64,000 nucleotides of DNA from Nitrospirota bacterium (GTDB lineage Bacteria; Nitrospirota; UBA9217), in NCBI GenBank assembly GCA_963840455.1, contig CAWIYV010000010.1:288001-352000 (forward strand). The letters run 5' to 3'. The position numbers and the translations under genes were made by a program. The notes beneath the pieces are model-generated. The model saw nothing but the letters and a program-made list of their open reading frames with translations. It had not been told where the DNA came from and ran no database searches. Of this stretch, positions 1 to 9,466 are shown piece by piece (within the stretch, counting starts at the first letter, position 1; each line of letters opens with the position of its first letter).

Positions 1-302
1 GTATCCAGGGCCGTGGTGTTCGTGCTGTGCGTCTTCCGGTCCTCGATCACGGACAGCTCACCGAAAAAGTGGAGCTCGGTGAGGACCGCCAGGGTCTGCT
101 TCCATCCGTCAGGCGTCGTCTTCGAGATCTCCACCTTCCCCTTGCGGATCAGGCAGATCCCCCGGGTCGCTTCACCCTCCCGGAAGATCGCAGACCCTTT
201 CGGATAACGCTCCACCTGGATCTTTTGCGCCACTAGAGCGAGTTCGGCGTCATCCAGGTCGCTGAGCAGCCTCTGCGGCTTGAGGTCCGGTATGCCTGTC
301 AT
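1..302 (-). CDS. Cyclic-nucleotide-binding (Crp/Fnr-type sensor) domain protein, runs off the window edge
   Basis: Not in the ORF track. Hand translation from ATG at 302 (RBS GGGAGGG): MTGIPDLKPQRLLSDLDDAELALVAQKIQVERYPKGSAIFREGEATRGICLIRKGKVEISK...FFGELSVIED. IFREGE, G-V-I and FGE are cNMP-binding motifs. Confidence 0.85.
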   Translation of the reverse strand, partial: MTGIPDLKPQRLLSDLDDAELALVAQKIQVERYPKGSAIFREGEATRGICLIRKGKVEISKTTPDGWKQTLAVLTELHFFGELSVIEDRKTHSTNTTALD

Positions 303-316
303 CTGGCCCTCCCTGT

Positions 317-493
317 TGAAGCTCCTGCAACAAGCTGCAGGGATGCTTCGATCCTCAAAGTAGATTATTTATTCTAATCGCTCGCTAAGCGCTCGCTCCT
401 GGATTTAAGCTCCCAACTGCAAGAGGCGTGGAGCTTCGATCCTCAGGGTAGTTTTTATTCTAATCACTCGCTAAGCGCTCGCTCCTGGATTCA
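317..493. mobile_element. Two tandem copies of a ~90-bp miniature element (IS200/IS605-like non-autonomous)
   Basis: Copies at ~317-406 and ~406-493 share AAGCTCC...CTTCGATCCTCA...TTTATTCTAATC(G/A)CTCGCTAAGCGCTCGCTCCTGGATT. A third copy is at 7834-7948. Copy 1 has the hairpin CCTGCAaCAAGCTGCAGG. Confidence 0.6.
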
Positions 494-3166
494 TGACTTT
501 GCAATCTTAACGGCCGTTACCTTGAGCGAAGGGATCTTGCAGACCGGATCGAGGCCGCTGCTGCTCGTCAGGACGTTGGCCGCCGCTTCATGGAAATGGA
601 AGGGGATGAACACCACGCCCCGTCCGGGCCTTCGGGAAACCCGTGCCTTGAGCGTCAGCGAACCGCGACGCGAGGTGACCGTGACCAACCCATCATGCTC
701 GATGGAAAGCTGCTTCGCATCCTCGGGATGGATCTCCACGTACGGCTCATGGGCCACTTGTTCAAGAGGTGCCACGCGCCGTGTCATGCTTCCCCCATGA
801 TACTGGAACAGCATCCGCCCCGTGGTGAGCGTAAACGGATACTCGGCATCGGGCTGTTCCGGCGAAGGTCTATAGTGTACCATAGAGAAGGCGGCTTTGC
901 CACGGGGGAAACCGCCCTTGAACAGGTACGGCGTGCCCGGGTGGTCCGGCGTCGGGCAGGGCCACTGCAGCCCGCCTTCGTCGTCGAGCCGGGAATAGGA
1001 TATCCCGGCCATGGCCGGCCATGCCTTTCCGATCTCCTGGAACACTTCCTCGGTATGGTGGTACGTCATCGGATGGCCGAGCCTTCTGCTCAACTCCATG
1101 ACGATATGGGAATCCTTCATGGCGAGACCAGGCGCGTTCACCACCCTCCTCACCCGCTGGACCCGACGCTCGGTGTTCGTGAACGTTCCCACCTTCTCGG
1201 CGAACGACGTCGCCGGCAGTACTACATGCGCCAGCTCGGCAGTCTCGGTCAGGAAGATGTCCTGCACCATGAGGAAATCCAGTGTTCCGAGGGCCTTTCG
1301 CGTATGGGCCATGTCCGGGTCGGTGATGACCGGGTTCTCCCCCATGATATAGAGCGCCTTGAGCCTGCCCTCCAATGCAGCGTCGATCATCGCGTTCGCC
1401 ATCAGGCCTTCGCGTTCAGGCAGCTTCACACCCCACAGCTCCTCGAACCGCTCGCGGACCTGCGGGACCACGACGCGCTGGTACCCCGGGTACAGGTTCG
1501 GCGAGCAGCCCATGTCCGTGGAGCCCTGGACGTTGTTCTGGCCCCGCAGCGGGTTCACGCCCGAGGATTCCCTGCCCAGGTTCCCGGTCATGAGGGCAAG
1601 GTTCGCAATGGAGAGCACATTGTCCGTGCCATGGGAATGCTGGGTGATGCCCATGGTGTAGTAGATCCCGGCCTTCTTCGATCGGCCGTAAAGGCGTGCC
1701 GCTTCGATGATCTTCTCCTTCGGAACGCCGGTGATCCGCTCCGCCGACTCAGGCGTGTATCCTTCGAGGTTCTTCCGGAAGCCCTCATCGAACCCCTCGG
1801 TCCGGGCCTCAATGAACTCCCGGTCCACGAGCCCCTCGTTCACGATCACATGCATCATGCCGTTCAGGAGCGCGACGTCCGTTCCCGGCCGCTGCTGCAG
1901 CCAGAGATGGGCCTGCCGGACGAGCGGCACCCGGCGCGGGTCCGCGATGACCAGCTTCGCGCCCTTCCGCACTGCCTTGATCATGCGGAGCGCCACAATG
2001 GGGTGGTTCTCTTTCGTGTTCGAGCCGATGACGAAGAGCACGTCGTTGTTCTCGATCTCGGCAAGGGAGTTCGTCATCGCCCCGGATCCGAACACAGTGG
2101 CCAGACCGGCCACCGTAGCGCTGTGTCAATAGCGCGCGCAGTGGTCCACGTTGTTCGTGCCGATGGCCGCGCGCATGAACTTCTGGAAGAGATAGTTCTC
2201 CTCGTTAGTGCAGCGTGCCGAGGCGAGGCCCGCAATTGCGTCGGGCCCCTCCAGATCCCGGATCCGCCTCAGCTGATGCGCCGCGTACGTGAAAGCCTCG
2301 TCCCAGGAGGCCTCTACGAGGGCCCCGTTCTTCCTGATCAGCGGGGTCTTCAGACGGTCCGGGCTGTTGACAAAGGAGAATCCGAACCTGCCCTTGGCGC
2401 AGAGCCAGCCCTCATTGATCGTGTCCTGCTGCGACGAGGCGCGGATCACTTCGTTCTTGCTGACATGCAGGGTGAGGTTGCAGCCGCACCCGCAGTAAGG
2501 GCAGACCGTCTCGACGCTCCTGATGTCCCGCTGCCGCCCCTTTCCCAGGGACGGCTTGCTGACCAGGGCGCCCGTCGGACACACGGTGATGCACTGGCCG
2601 CAGAACTCGCAGGAGAGGTCACGCTCAAAGGGCGGGCAGATCTTGGTCGCAAATCCCTTGTACGCGTAGTCGATGGCGCCCACGCCCTGCACCTCGTCGC
2701 AGACCTTTACGCACCGGCCGCAGAGGATGCACTTCTCCATGTCGCGCTCGACGAACGGGTTCCCGTCGCGCGTGGGATAGATCCGCCGTTCGCCGTGGAA
2801 CACCGGGGTCCGGATCTGGTACTTGTACGCCAGTTCCTGAAGCTCACACTCGCCGGCCCGTTCGCAGACCATGCAGTCGTACGGATGGTCGGAAAGAATG
2901 AGGTCGATGATGTCCCGCCGGAGGCCCTCGATATAGGGCGACGCCGTGGTCACCTCCATGCCGTTCTCCACGCGCGTGGTGCACGACGTCACCGGCTGCC
3001 CTCCTATCTCGACGATGCAGACACGGCAGGCGCCGGTGACCGAGAGCTTCGGATGGTGGCACAGGACGGGGATGGTGATGCCCAGCTTCTGGGCCGCCGC
3101 GAGAACGGTCGTGCCCGCGGGAACGGTGACCGGCATGCCGTCTATGTTGAGCGTGATATCACCCAT
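491..3166 (-). CDS. fdhA: Selenocysteine-containing formate dehydrogenase alpha subunit (Mo/W-bisPGD) with N-terminal NuoG-like Fe-S domain, 891 aa
   Basis: ORFs 2126..3373 and 491..2113 are in the same frame, separated by TGA 2126-2128 in VDHCARY-U-HSATVAGL, the catalytic Sec-His site. Start MGDITLNIDG at 3166. Has 2Fe-2S/4Fe-4S motifs, CPYCGCGC and PLRGQNNVQG. Confidence 0.95.
2094..2116 (-). promoter_or_regulatory. Bacterial SECIS hairpin of fdhA
   Basis: ACGGTGGCC-GGTCT-GGCCACTGT starts 9 nt after the UGA and closely resembles the E. coli fdhF SECIS (GGTTGCAGGTCTGCACC). Confidence 0.85.
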
Positions 3167-3168
3167 GG

Positions 3169-4932
3169 TCACTGTTTCCTGATCGCCTTGAACTTGCACG
3201 CACGGAAGCACGCGCCGCACTTGATGCAGCGGTCGGGATCGATGACGTGCACTTTTTTTGGCTCGCCTGAGATGGCCTTCGTCGGACAAACGCGCTTGCA
3301 GATGCCGCAGGCCTTGCAGCGCTCCTCGCTGACCGAGAAGGTAATGAGGGCCGTGCAGACACCGGCCGGACACTTCCGGTCCCGGATGTGCGCCAGGTAT
3401 TCGTCCCGGAAGTGGTTGAAGCTCGTGATGAACGGGTTCGGCGCCGTCCTGCCGAGGCCGCAGAGCGAGGTGGAGGCCATGACCCCCGAGAGCCGCTCAA
3501 GCGTCCTCAGGTCCTCGTCCTCGCCCTTCCCTTCCGTGATCCTTGTGAGGAGCTCCGACATCCGCTTCGTGCCGATGCGGCACGGCGTGCACTTGCCGCA
3601 CGATTCGCGCTGCAGGAACTCCAGATAGAACTTCGCTACCGACACGATACAGTCGTCCTCGTCGAAGACGACCATGCCGCCCGACCCTACGATGCTGCCG
3701 ACCTTCGCCAGGTTCTCATAGTCCAGGCCCAGGTCGATCATCGACGGCGGGATGATGCCGCCTGACGGCCCCCCGACCTGGATGGCCTTGAGCGCTTTGT
3801 CCCCCTCAATGCCACCGCCGATGCCGTATACGATATCGCGGAAGGACATCCCCATGGGGATCTCCACCAGGCCGTTGTTCCGCACCTTGCCCGAGAGGGT
3901 GAAGACCTTGGTGCCCTTGCTCGCCCCGGTCCCGATGGACGAGTACCACTCCCCGCCCTTGCCGATGATGATCGGTATATTCGAGAAGGTCTCGGCGTTG
4001 TTGATGACCGTCGGTTTTCCCCAGAGCCCCTGGACAGCGGGGAACGGCGGACGCACCCGCGGCATGGCCCGCTTGCCTTCGATGGACTCCATGAGCGCGG
4101 TCTCTTCGCCGCAGATGAACGCCTCGGTCCCGAAGCTGAACTCAATATCGAAATCGAAGCCGGTCCCGAAGACGTTGGGCCCGATGAACCCCTTTTCCCG
4201 CGCCTGCTCGATGGCTATCCGGAGCCGCTCCACCGACATATGATACCGCTCCCGGATGTAGACGAAACCCTTCGATGCGCAGATCGCATAGCCGCCGATG
4301 AGCAGGCCCTCGATGATGGCGTGAGGATTGCCCTCGGCGAGCGGGCGGTTCACCTCGCCCACGTTGCAGATGATGTACTTCGGGTGCGCCTCTTCACGCC
4401 GGCAGACCTTCCACTTCTCGCCGGTGAGGAAGCCGCTCCCGCCCCTGCCGCGCAGCCCCGACCGTACCACCTCGTCGATCACGTCGTCGGGGGTCATGCG
4501 GGTCATCGCCTTCCTCGCGGCAAGGTAGCCCTGCATGGCGATGTACTCGTCGATGTTCTCCGGATCGATCTCGCCGCAGGGGCCGAGGACGATCTTGTAC
4601 TGCTTCTCGTTGAACGACGCGTATTCTTCGCTGACCGTCCATTCAGCGATCGGCAGGCCGCCCACGATGTGGTCCTGGACGATGCGCTCGACCATGATCG
4701 GCGTCACCGACTGGTAGGTCGTTTTGTTCCCGTCCACGACAACATCGACCAGCACGTCCTTGGAGCAGAAACCGCGGCACCCGACCTTCTTCGGGGAGCA
4801 GCGGTGGCCGATCTGTGCCTCGATGCCCTTCTCGGAGATGTGGTGCTTGAACATCCCCAGCACCTCTTCGCCGCCGGCAGCGCTTCCCGAGGTGCCGAGA
4901 CAGACCTTTATTTCAACAGGCAGATTGCTCAT
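3169..4932 (-). CDS. NuoF/HydB-like flavin Fe-S subunit of the FDH complex (atypical NAD/FMN motif)
   Basis: SGLRGRGGSGF, CGEETAL, GLWGKPTVINNAET, ESCGKCTPCRIG, C-terminal 2x[4Fe-4S] and an N-terminal thioredoxin-like Fe-S domain. Confidence 0.92.
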   Translation of the reverse strand: MSNLPVEIKVCLGTSGSAAGGEEVLGMFKHHISEKGIEAQIGHRCSPKKVGCRGFCSKDVLVDVVVDGNKTTYQSVTPIMVERIVQDHIVGGLPIAEWTVSEEYASFNEKQYKIVLGPCGEIDPENIDEYIAMQGYLAARKAMTRMTPDDVIDEVVRSGLRGRGGSGFLTGEKWKVCRREEAHPKYIICNVGEVNRPLAEGNPHAIIEGLLIGGYAICASKGFVYIRERYHMSVERLRIAIEQAREKGFIGPNVFGTGFDFDIEFSFGTEAFICGEETALMESIEGKRAMPRVRPPFPAVQGLWGKPTVINNAETFSNIPIIIGKGGEWYSSIGTGASKGTKVFTLSGKVRNNGLVEIPMGMSFRDIVYGIGGGIEGDKALKAIQVGGPSGGIIPPSMIDLGLDYENLAKVGSIVGSGGMVVFDEDDCIVSVAKFYLEFLQRESCGKCTPCRIGTKRMSELLTRITEGKGEDEDLRTLERLSGVMASTSLCGLGRTAPNPFITSFNHFRDEYLAHIRDRKCPAGVCTALITFSVSEERCKACGICKRVCPTKAISGEPKKVHVIDPDRCIKCGACFRACKFKAIRKQ

Positions 4933-4950
4933 TGCTGTGGTCGCGACCGG

Positions 4951-5427
4951 CTACAAATAGCCGAGGAACTCCTCGCGTTCGTATCCCTTGATCAATTTGG
5001 TGACCTTGACCGGGTCCATGCTGCTGTGCACCTGCTTGTTCAGGATCACGACCGGCGCGATGTTGCACGCCCCGATGCAGGTGGCCTTCTGCAGGGTGAA
5101 GCTGAGGTCCTTCGTCGTATCCTCGTCGCCGGAAAGCCCCAGGGCCTCGCGCGCTGAGTCGATGAGCTTGTCCGCGCCCTTGATGTGGCACGCGGCGCCG
5201 CAGCACACGGTGAGCGTGTTCTTTCCGACCGGCCGGGTCCGGAACTTCGGGTAGAAGGTGATGACGCCGAAGAACCTGCTCTCGGGGATGTCCAGCTGCC
5301 GGGAGAACCAGGACACATGGTCCTCGGAAATATGGCCGAAGGTGTCCTGGATCCTCTGCAGGAGGGCGATGAGGCTGCCTTTGTCCTTTCGGTGCTGGTC
5401 CAGTATTTTTGCGAGGACTTTTTCCAT
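4951..5427 (-). CDS. NuoE/HydC-like [2Fe-2S] subunit
   Basis: LIALLQRIQ..FGHI, GVITFY, VCCGAACHIKG and TCIGACNIAP motifs. Confidence 0.92.
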   Translation of the reverse strand: MEKVLAKILDQHRKDKGSLIALLQRIQDTFGHISEDHVSWFSRQLDIPESRFFGVITFYPKFRTRPVGKNTLTVCCGAACHIKGADKLIDSAREALGLSGDEDTTKDLSFTLQKATCIGACNIAPVVILNKQVHSSMDPVKVTKLIKGYEREEFLGYL

Positions 5428-5484
5428 GGTCGTTCTCGTTGCGGGCCCGCCAAGGGCGGCCCCGCAACGATGCGGTGTGCAGAC

Positions 5485-5518
5485 AAAACGAGCCGCCGGA
5501 AGATATTTCGGCGGCTCG
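5485..5518 (-). terminator. Intrinsic terminator downstream of acsB
   Basis: On the - strand, a CGAGCCGCCGAA...TCCGGCGGCTCG stem followed by TTTT. Confidence 0.65.
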
Positions 5519-5573
5519 CAGATATTCAGCGTAAAACGATGCGGAAGGATGGTGCTACGCCCGTTCTCCCCTG

Positions 5574-7775
5574 TTAGAACATGGGGTCCATGGTGAGCGC
5601 CGGGTGCTGCTTTTCCGCCAGGTACGCCATGAGCTTGTCCGAGTCCTCGGCAACGGTCTCATCGGCGATCCGGTCAATGAGATCGGGAACGCCCTCTTCC
5701 GTGGCGCGCTTCTTGAACTCCTCGGCGAACGACTCCTTCAGGTTCTTGGTCATCCAGACGATCCGCTTGAACCCGCCCTCGGCGGAGAGGAACTTCTTGC
5801 TCGTGAGGAAGAACCGTCCGATTCCCATAAAGCCCGGGGTCTGGGCGCCGCCGCCCACGGTGCCGGCGAGGGTGGAGAACTTCATGCCGATGGGTGTCAT
5901 GCCGGTGAAACCGCGGTTCACGATCATGACGCCGTTCGCTTCGGGAACGATGGCAACGATGCACTCGAAGCAACCGCAGGACGTCATGGGATTGTCCATG
6001 ATGGAGTAGGCGTTGAAGTATTCGAGCGCCTGGTGCGAGTTCTTGTAAACATACTCATCAACGCTCCTCCAGCGGCCTTTCTTCGCGTCGAGGACCTCGC
6101 CCTTCACGACTGGTTGGTTGGCGCCGTTGGGGTCGATCTCGTAAGCCGCCTTGGCGTCGAGCCAGTTGTATGCGCCGCACAAGCCGAGCCGCTCCGGCGA
6201 CACGATGCACACGTGGTTCGGCGCGAAGCTCTGGCAAAGGATGCAGGAGTAGAACGTGTCAACGGACTCGTCGGTCATGGAGGCGAGGCGCACGTCGCGT
6301 TCATGGTAGGCCTTCTGCGCCTCGGCATGCATCTTCTTGACATCGGCCTCGTCCACATACAGCGTTACCTGGCACTTGTCCACGATATTGTTGAACTTGT
6401 GCTTCAGCTGGGTGGTCAGAATGTCGCCGAAATGGCGCAGAACGTAGCCCTCGTTCAGGGCCGCCTTGCTGACGCGGAACCAGTTCTGGTCGCGCTGGCC
6501 CATGTGCCAGATGCCCTGCGCCTCGTTGACGAAGTGGTGGATCTTGCGCTCCAGCACCGGCTCGAAGTCCTTCTGCATCTTGCGGCCGGCAACGTCGATG
6601 ACGACGCCCAGCGGCATCATGCCGCCCTTCTTGTAGCGCTCCTCGGCGTCGGTGCCCACGATGGTCACCTTGCCGTCCTCCACCTTGTCCAGGTCCACCG
6701 TGCGGAGCCACTCGAAGGCCGGCGTGCGCTGCCCGCCCATCTCGATGTGCATGTCCTCCTTGCGAATGCGCTCGCCCTCGAACGCAGGGCCGAAGGCCAC
6801 CGGGATGGGAGGCTTCGAGACCGTGATCTTGAGGCCGCGCACCTCGATGCAACGCTCCACGATCTTCTTGGGATCGAGTTCCTTCTCGACCTCCTCGTAA
6901 ATGGTAACGCCGGTGGGATGGATGGTCGGGATGTCCGTGTTCGCGATTGCCGGGAAACCCATGTTGATGGCGCCGGCGCCGGTGGTCCAGATGCGGTCGT
7001 TCAGCGGACCGAGCACCATGGCGAAAGCGAAAACCTTGTCCTTGGAATACTTGAGGATCTTTTTGAAATCGCCGCCCTTCATGCCGCCGAAGGTGATGCC
7101 CGCCCGCGCCGCCCAGTTCAGGGCGTAAATGGCGTGCTCCACCTCGGGTCCGAGCGGGACGAGGCGGGTATCCCATCCGAGCTGGACGCCTTTTCGAAGA
7201 AGTTGCTTGGTCATGCTGTCGCCGTTCACGTTGCCGCACATCAGGGTGAGGATGTTCTTCTGCTGCAGGTCCCGGGCGATCTCGAAGGCATGATCATCGT
7301 CATTGGCCGCGCCGATGATGCAGACATATCCTGGCATGGAACCGTCCACGAGTTGTACGCCGAGGTTCCGGAGGATCGTGTCCGAAATGAAACCATTATA
7401 GGTGAGCCCGATGGAATCATCCTTCACTGGTTCCTGGCCATAGATGTACCGGATGGCCATGATCATCTCCTGGGCGAAGAGCGCGGCCATGCCTGCATCG
7501 AGGGCTTCGCCCAGATAGGGCTTGTACATGTGCTCGACCGGTGCATCGGTCAAGAGCGGCTTCACATTCTTTTCGAGCGCGGTCTTCATGTCGCCCACGG
7601 TCCTGACCTCGAACCCGGTCATGGCGAACATCTGGGGGAGGAAGTACCCCGTATCGGGGAACTCGAACTTGAAGTCCGCGCCCTTTTCGGAGATGGCCTT
7701 CTCGACAAGCGCTTCGGCCTGCTTCACATAGTAATGTGAACCCAGGATGGCACCAGTAGCAATCGCTTTTGACAT
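5574..7775 (-). CDS. acsB: Acetyl-CoA synthase catalytic subunit
   Basis: 733 aa. A-cluster ligands YSCILCQSFAPNHVC, CGAY and PMTSCGCFEC; AFEGERIRK; N-terminal FPDTGYFLP. Confidence 0.97.
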   Translation of the reverse strand: MSKAIATGAILGSHYYVKQAEALVEKAISEKGADFKFEFPDTGYFLPQMFAMTGFEVRTVGDMKTALEKNVKPLLTDAPVEHMYKPYLGEALDAGMAALFAQEMIMAIRYIYGQEPVKDDSIGLTYNGFISDTILRNLGVQLVDGSMPGYVCIIGAANDDDHAFEIARDLQQKNILTLMCGNVNGDSMTKQLLRKGVQLGWDTRLVPLGPEVEHAIYALNWAARAGITFGGMKGGDFKKILKYSKDKVFAFAMVLGPLNDRIWTTGAGAINMGFPAIANTDIPTIHPTGVTIYEEVEKELDPKKIVERCIEVRGLKITVSKPPIPVAFGPAFEGERIRKEDMHIEMGGQRTPAFEWLRTVDLDKVEDGKVTIVGTDAEERYKKGGMMPLGVVIDVAGRKMQKDFEPVLERKIHHFVNEAQGIWHMGQRDQNWFRVSKAALNEGYVLRHFGDILTTQLKHKFNNIVDKCQVTLYVDEADVKKMHAEAQKAYHERDVRLASMTDESVDTFYSCILCQSFAPNHVCIVSPERLGLCGAYNWLDAKAAYEIDPNGANQPVVKGEVLDAKKGRWRSVDEYVYKNSHQALEYFNAYSIMDNPMTSCGCFECIVAIVPEANGVMIVNRGFTGMTPIGMKFSTLAGTVGGGAQTPGFMGIGRFFLTSKKFLSAEGGFKRIVWMTKNLKESFAEEFKKRATEEGVPDLIDRIADETVAEDSDKLMAYLAEKQHPALTMDPMF

Positions 7776-7801
7776 TGTTCTGCTCCTTATAATACAATTT
7801 T

Positions 7802-7994
7802 CACCGCGGAGATCGCGGAGTTCGCGGAGGAATTGAAGCTCCCTGCAGCAAACTGCAGGGAATCTTCGATCCTCAGGGTAAGTATGTTTATCCTAATCGC
7901 TCGCTAACCCGCAGCAAGCTGCGGGGAATACGCTCGCTCCTGGATTCATGAGCTGCTTCAGATTTTACTCAGCGCTCCCTGCGTCCTCTGCAGT
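7802..7994. repeat. Short-period (9-nt) inverted-repeat element interrupted by a miniature element
   Basis: Left arm CACCGCGGAGATCGCGGAGTTCGCGGAG (7802-7829), right arm CTCAGCGCTCCCTGCGTCCTCTGCAGTA (~7968-7994). Same family as 13185-13269. Confidence 0.65.
7834..7948. mobile_element. Longest copy of the IS200/IS605-like miniature element
   Basis: TGAAGCTCCCTGCAGCAAACTGCAGGGAAT...CTAATCGCTCGCTAACCCGCAGCAAGCTGCGGGGAATACGCTCGCTCCTGGATTCA. Two subterminal hairpins; homologous to 317-493. Confidence 0.65.
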
Positions 7995-8004
7995 AACTTT
8001 GTTC

Positions 8005-9345
8005 CTATGCCCTGCCCTTCAGGAAGCTGGGGAGCTGGTTCGCTTCGCGCGGACCAACGGTGATCTTCCACCCGGGCAGTTTTTCCTCAAGCGCGCCGGA
8101 GAGGATGGCGACGTATCCAGGGATGATGAGCTCCTTGTGCTTGATGTTCTTCTCCACGCCGCTCTCGGTGATGAACGCCGCGATCTTGCTGGCAGTGAAC
8201 TTGCCGGCCGCCCAGGCCGTGAGCACGGAAAGCCCCTCGTTGTCCATGACCGCGAGCCACGCCGGGACCTTGCTGTTCTCGACCTCGCCCCGTACGATGA
8301 AGTAGGAAAGCGAGAAATTGGTCGTGATCATGAGCGGAGACGCTTCCTTCGCGTCGCCGACCTTATAGATGTTCTGCGCGACCTGCATCGGCACCTGCGG
8401 GTCGGTGTAGATGTTCTGGCGCAGCGACAGGAGCGCGAGCATCTTCCACTTTTCCACGTTGTTCAGAATGACGATGGAGGCGTACTTCATGGTGCCGATG
8501 GCCGCGACCATGGCCTCGGCCAGGCTGTTATCCCGGCCCGCAAAGGCGATGATGGGATAGCCCAGCGGCTTGAAGTTCTTCTTGATGGCAGCGCGACGGA
8601 TGATGGTGTAGTGCTCGATCATGTCCTTGGCCTTGCGTGCACCGGAATCAAGGACCAGATCGTCCACACCCATGGCCTTCACCTTCTCCGAAAGAGCAGT
8701 GAGCGCGTCGAGCCCGTCGGCGGCGATGGCGAGAGAGGCCTTCTTTTCCTTGGCGATCTTGGCCATGGCCTCGGCGTTATCGGCCGTGGCGGCATAGATG
8801 AGCGGCCGCTTGTCTGCGCAGTGCACGATGCCGGCCTCGATCGTCGCGGGGTTCTTGCTCACCAGGATGATCGGCACGCCCGGCGCTCCATCCACGACCT
8901 GCTTCACGACGGACGCGAACTTAGCCGCATCGCCGCCTTCGTCGGTCACGGCAATGGCGTCGACCCGGAGCTTCTGGCCGACCCGGTCGATCTCGGAGGT
9001 CTTGACCGACTCGATCTTTTTGGCCGCAGCGTCGCCCGCCTCAGAGGCCTTGATCGCGACAGCAAACACGTTCGGATTGAAGAACTTCTTATCATGCCGG
9101 AAAAGGCAGATCTCCTCGCCCACCTTCACGGCCTTGTCTCCCTGGCCGAGGGTGATGCCCCGGATCGGCGGAGCCGCGGACTCGCCGAGGATCTTCTTTG
9201 CTTCTTCTGATGCATCGGGGCAGGCATCGAGGCTCGCCTGCTTGGCGGCAAGCTTCATGGCGAAGGCGAGGCAGGTCGGGTGGCCGCACTTCTTGCAGTT
9301 GGTCTTCGGAAGATGCTTGAATATTTCAACACCGGAAAGTGCCAT
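8005..9345 (-). CDS. acsC: Corrinoid iron-sulfur protein large subunit
   Basis: LPKTNCKKCGHPTCLAFA...CP 4Fe-4S motif; IYTDPQVP; GLSVLTAWAAGKF; VGPREA. Confidence 0.97.
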   Translation of the reverse strand: MALSGVEIFKHLPKTNCKKCGHPTCLAFAMKLAAKQASLDACPDASEEAKKILGESAAPPIRGITLGQGDKAVKVGEEICLFRHDKKFFNPNVFAVAIKASEAGDAAAKKIESVKTSEIDRVGQKLRVDAIAVTDEGGDAAKFASVVKQVVDGAPGVPIILVSKNPATIEAGIVHCADKRPLIYAATADNAEAMAKIAKEKKASLAIAADGLDALTALSEKVKAMGVDDLVLDSGARKAKDMIEHYTIIRRAAIKKNFKPLGYPIIAFAGRDNSLAEAMVAAIGTMKYASIVILNNVEKWKMLALLSLRQNIYTDPQVPMQVAQNIYKVGDAKEASPLMITTNFSLSYFIVRGEVENSKVPAWLAVMDNEGLSVLTAWAAGKFTASKIAAFITESGVEKNIKHKELIIPGYVAILSGALEEKLPGWKITVGPREANQLPSFLKGRA

Positions 9346-9368
9346 TTCTGAACTCCTTTCATTGAAAC

Positions 9369-9460
9369 GAGAGGGTAAGAAGTGATGAAGGAAGGAAGGT
9401 AAGCGCCGCGTTTTTGGACGCGTTGTTCTTACCCTCTTGCCCTGTCACCTTCGCAGCTTC
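9369..9460. repeat. Short-period inverted-repeat element between acsD and acsC
   Basis: GAGGGTAAGAA...GAAGGTAAG arm pairs with TTCTTACCCTC...CACCTTC arm. Confidence 0.5.
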
Positions 9461-9466
9461 GTGATT

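Noticed and set aside
317-493. Tandem ~90-bp repeats as a mini-CRISPR
   Set aside because: Homology spans nearly the whole unit with no unique spacers, and a dispersed copy exists at 7834.
590-3628. 1012-aa + strand ORF (likewise 5604..7739, 33159..35969, 42879..44636, 54391..56121)
   Set aside because: Antisense shadows of well-supported - strand genes, expected with high GC3; no recognisable motifs.
5437-5469. Strong hairpin just upstream of the nuoE-like start
   Set aside because: A real stem (CGTTGCGGG/CCCGCAACG), but single-copy with no U-tail or recognisable riboswitch motif, so no function can be supported.
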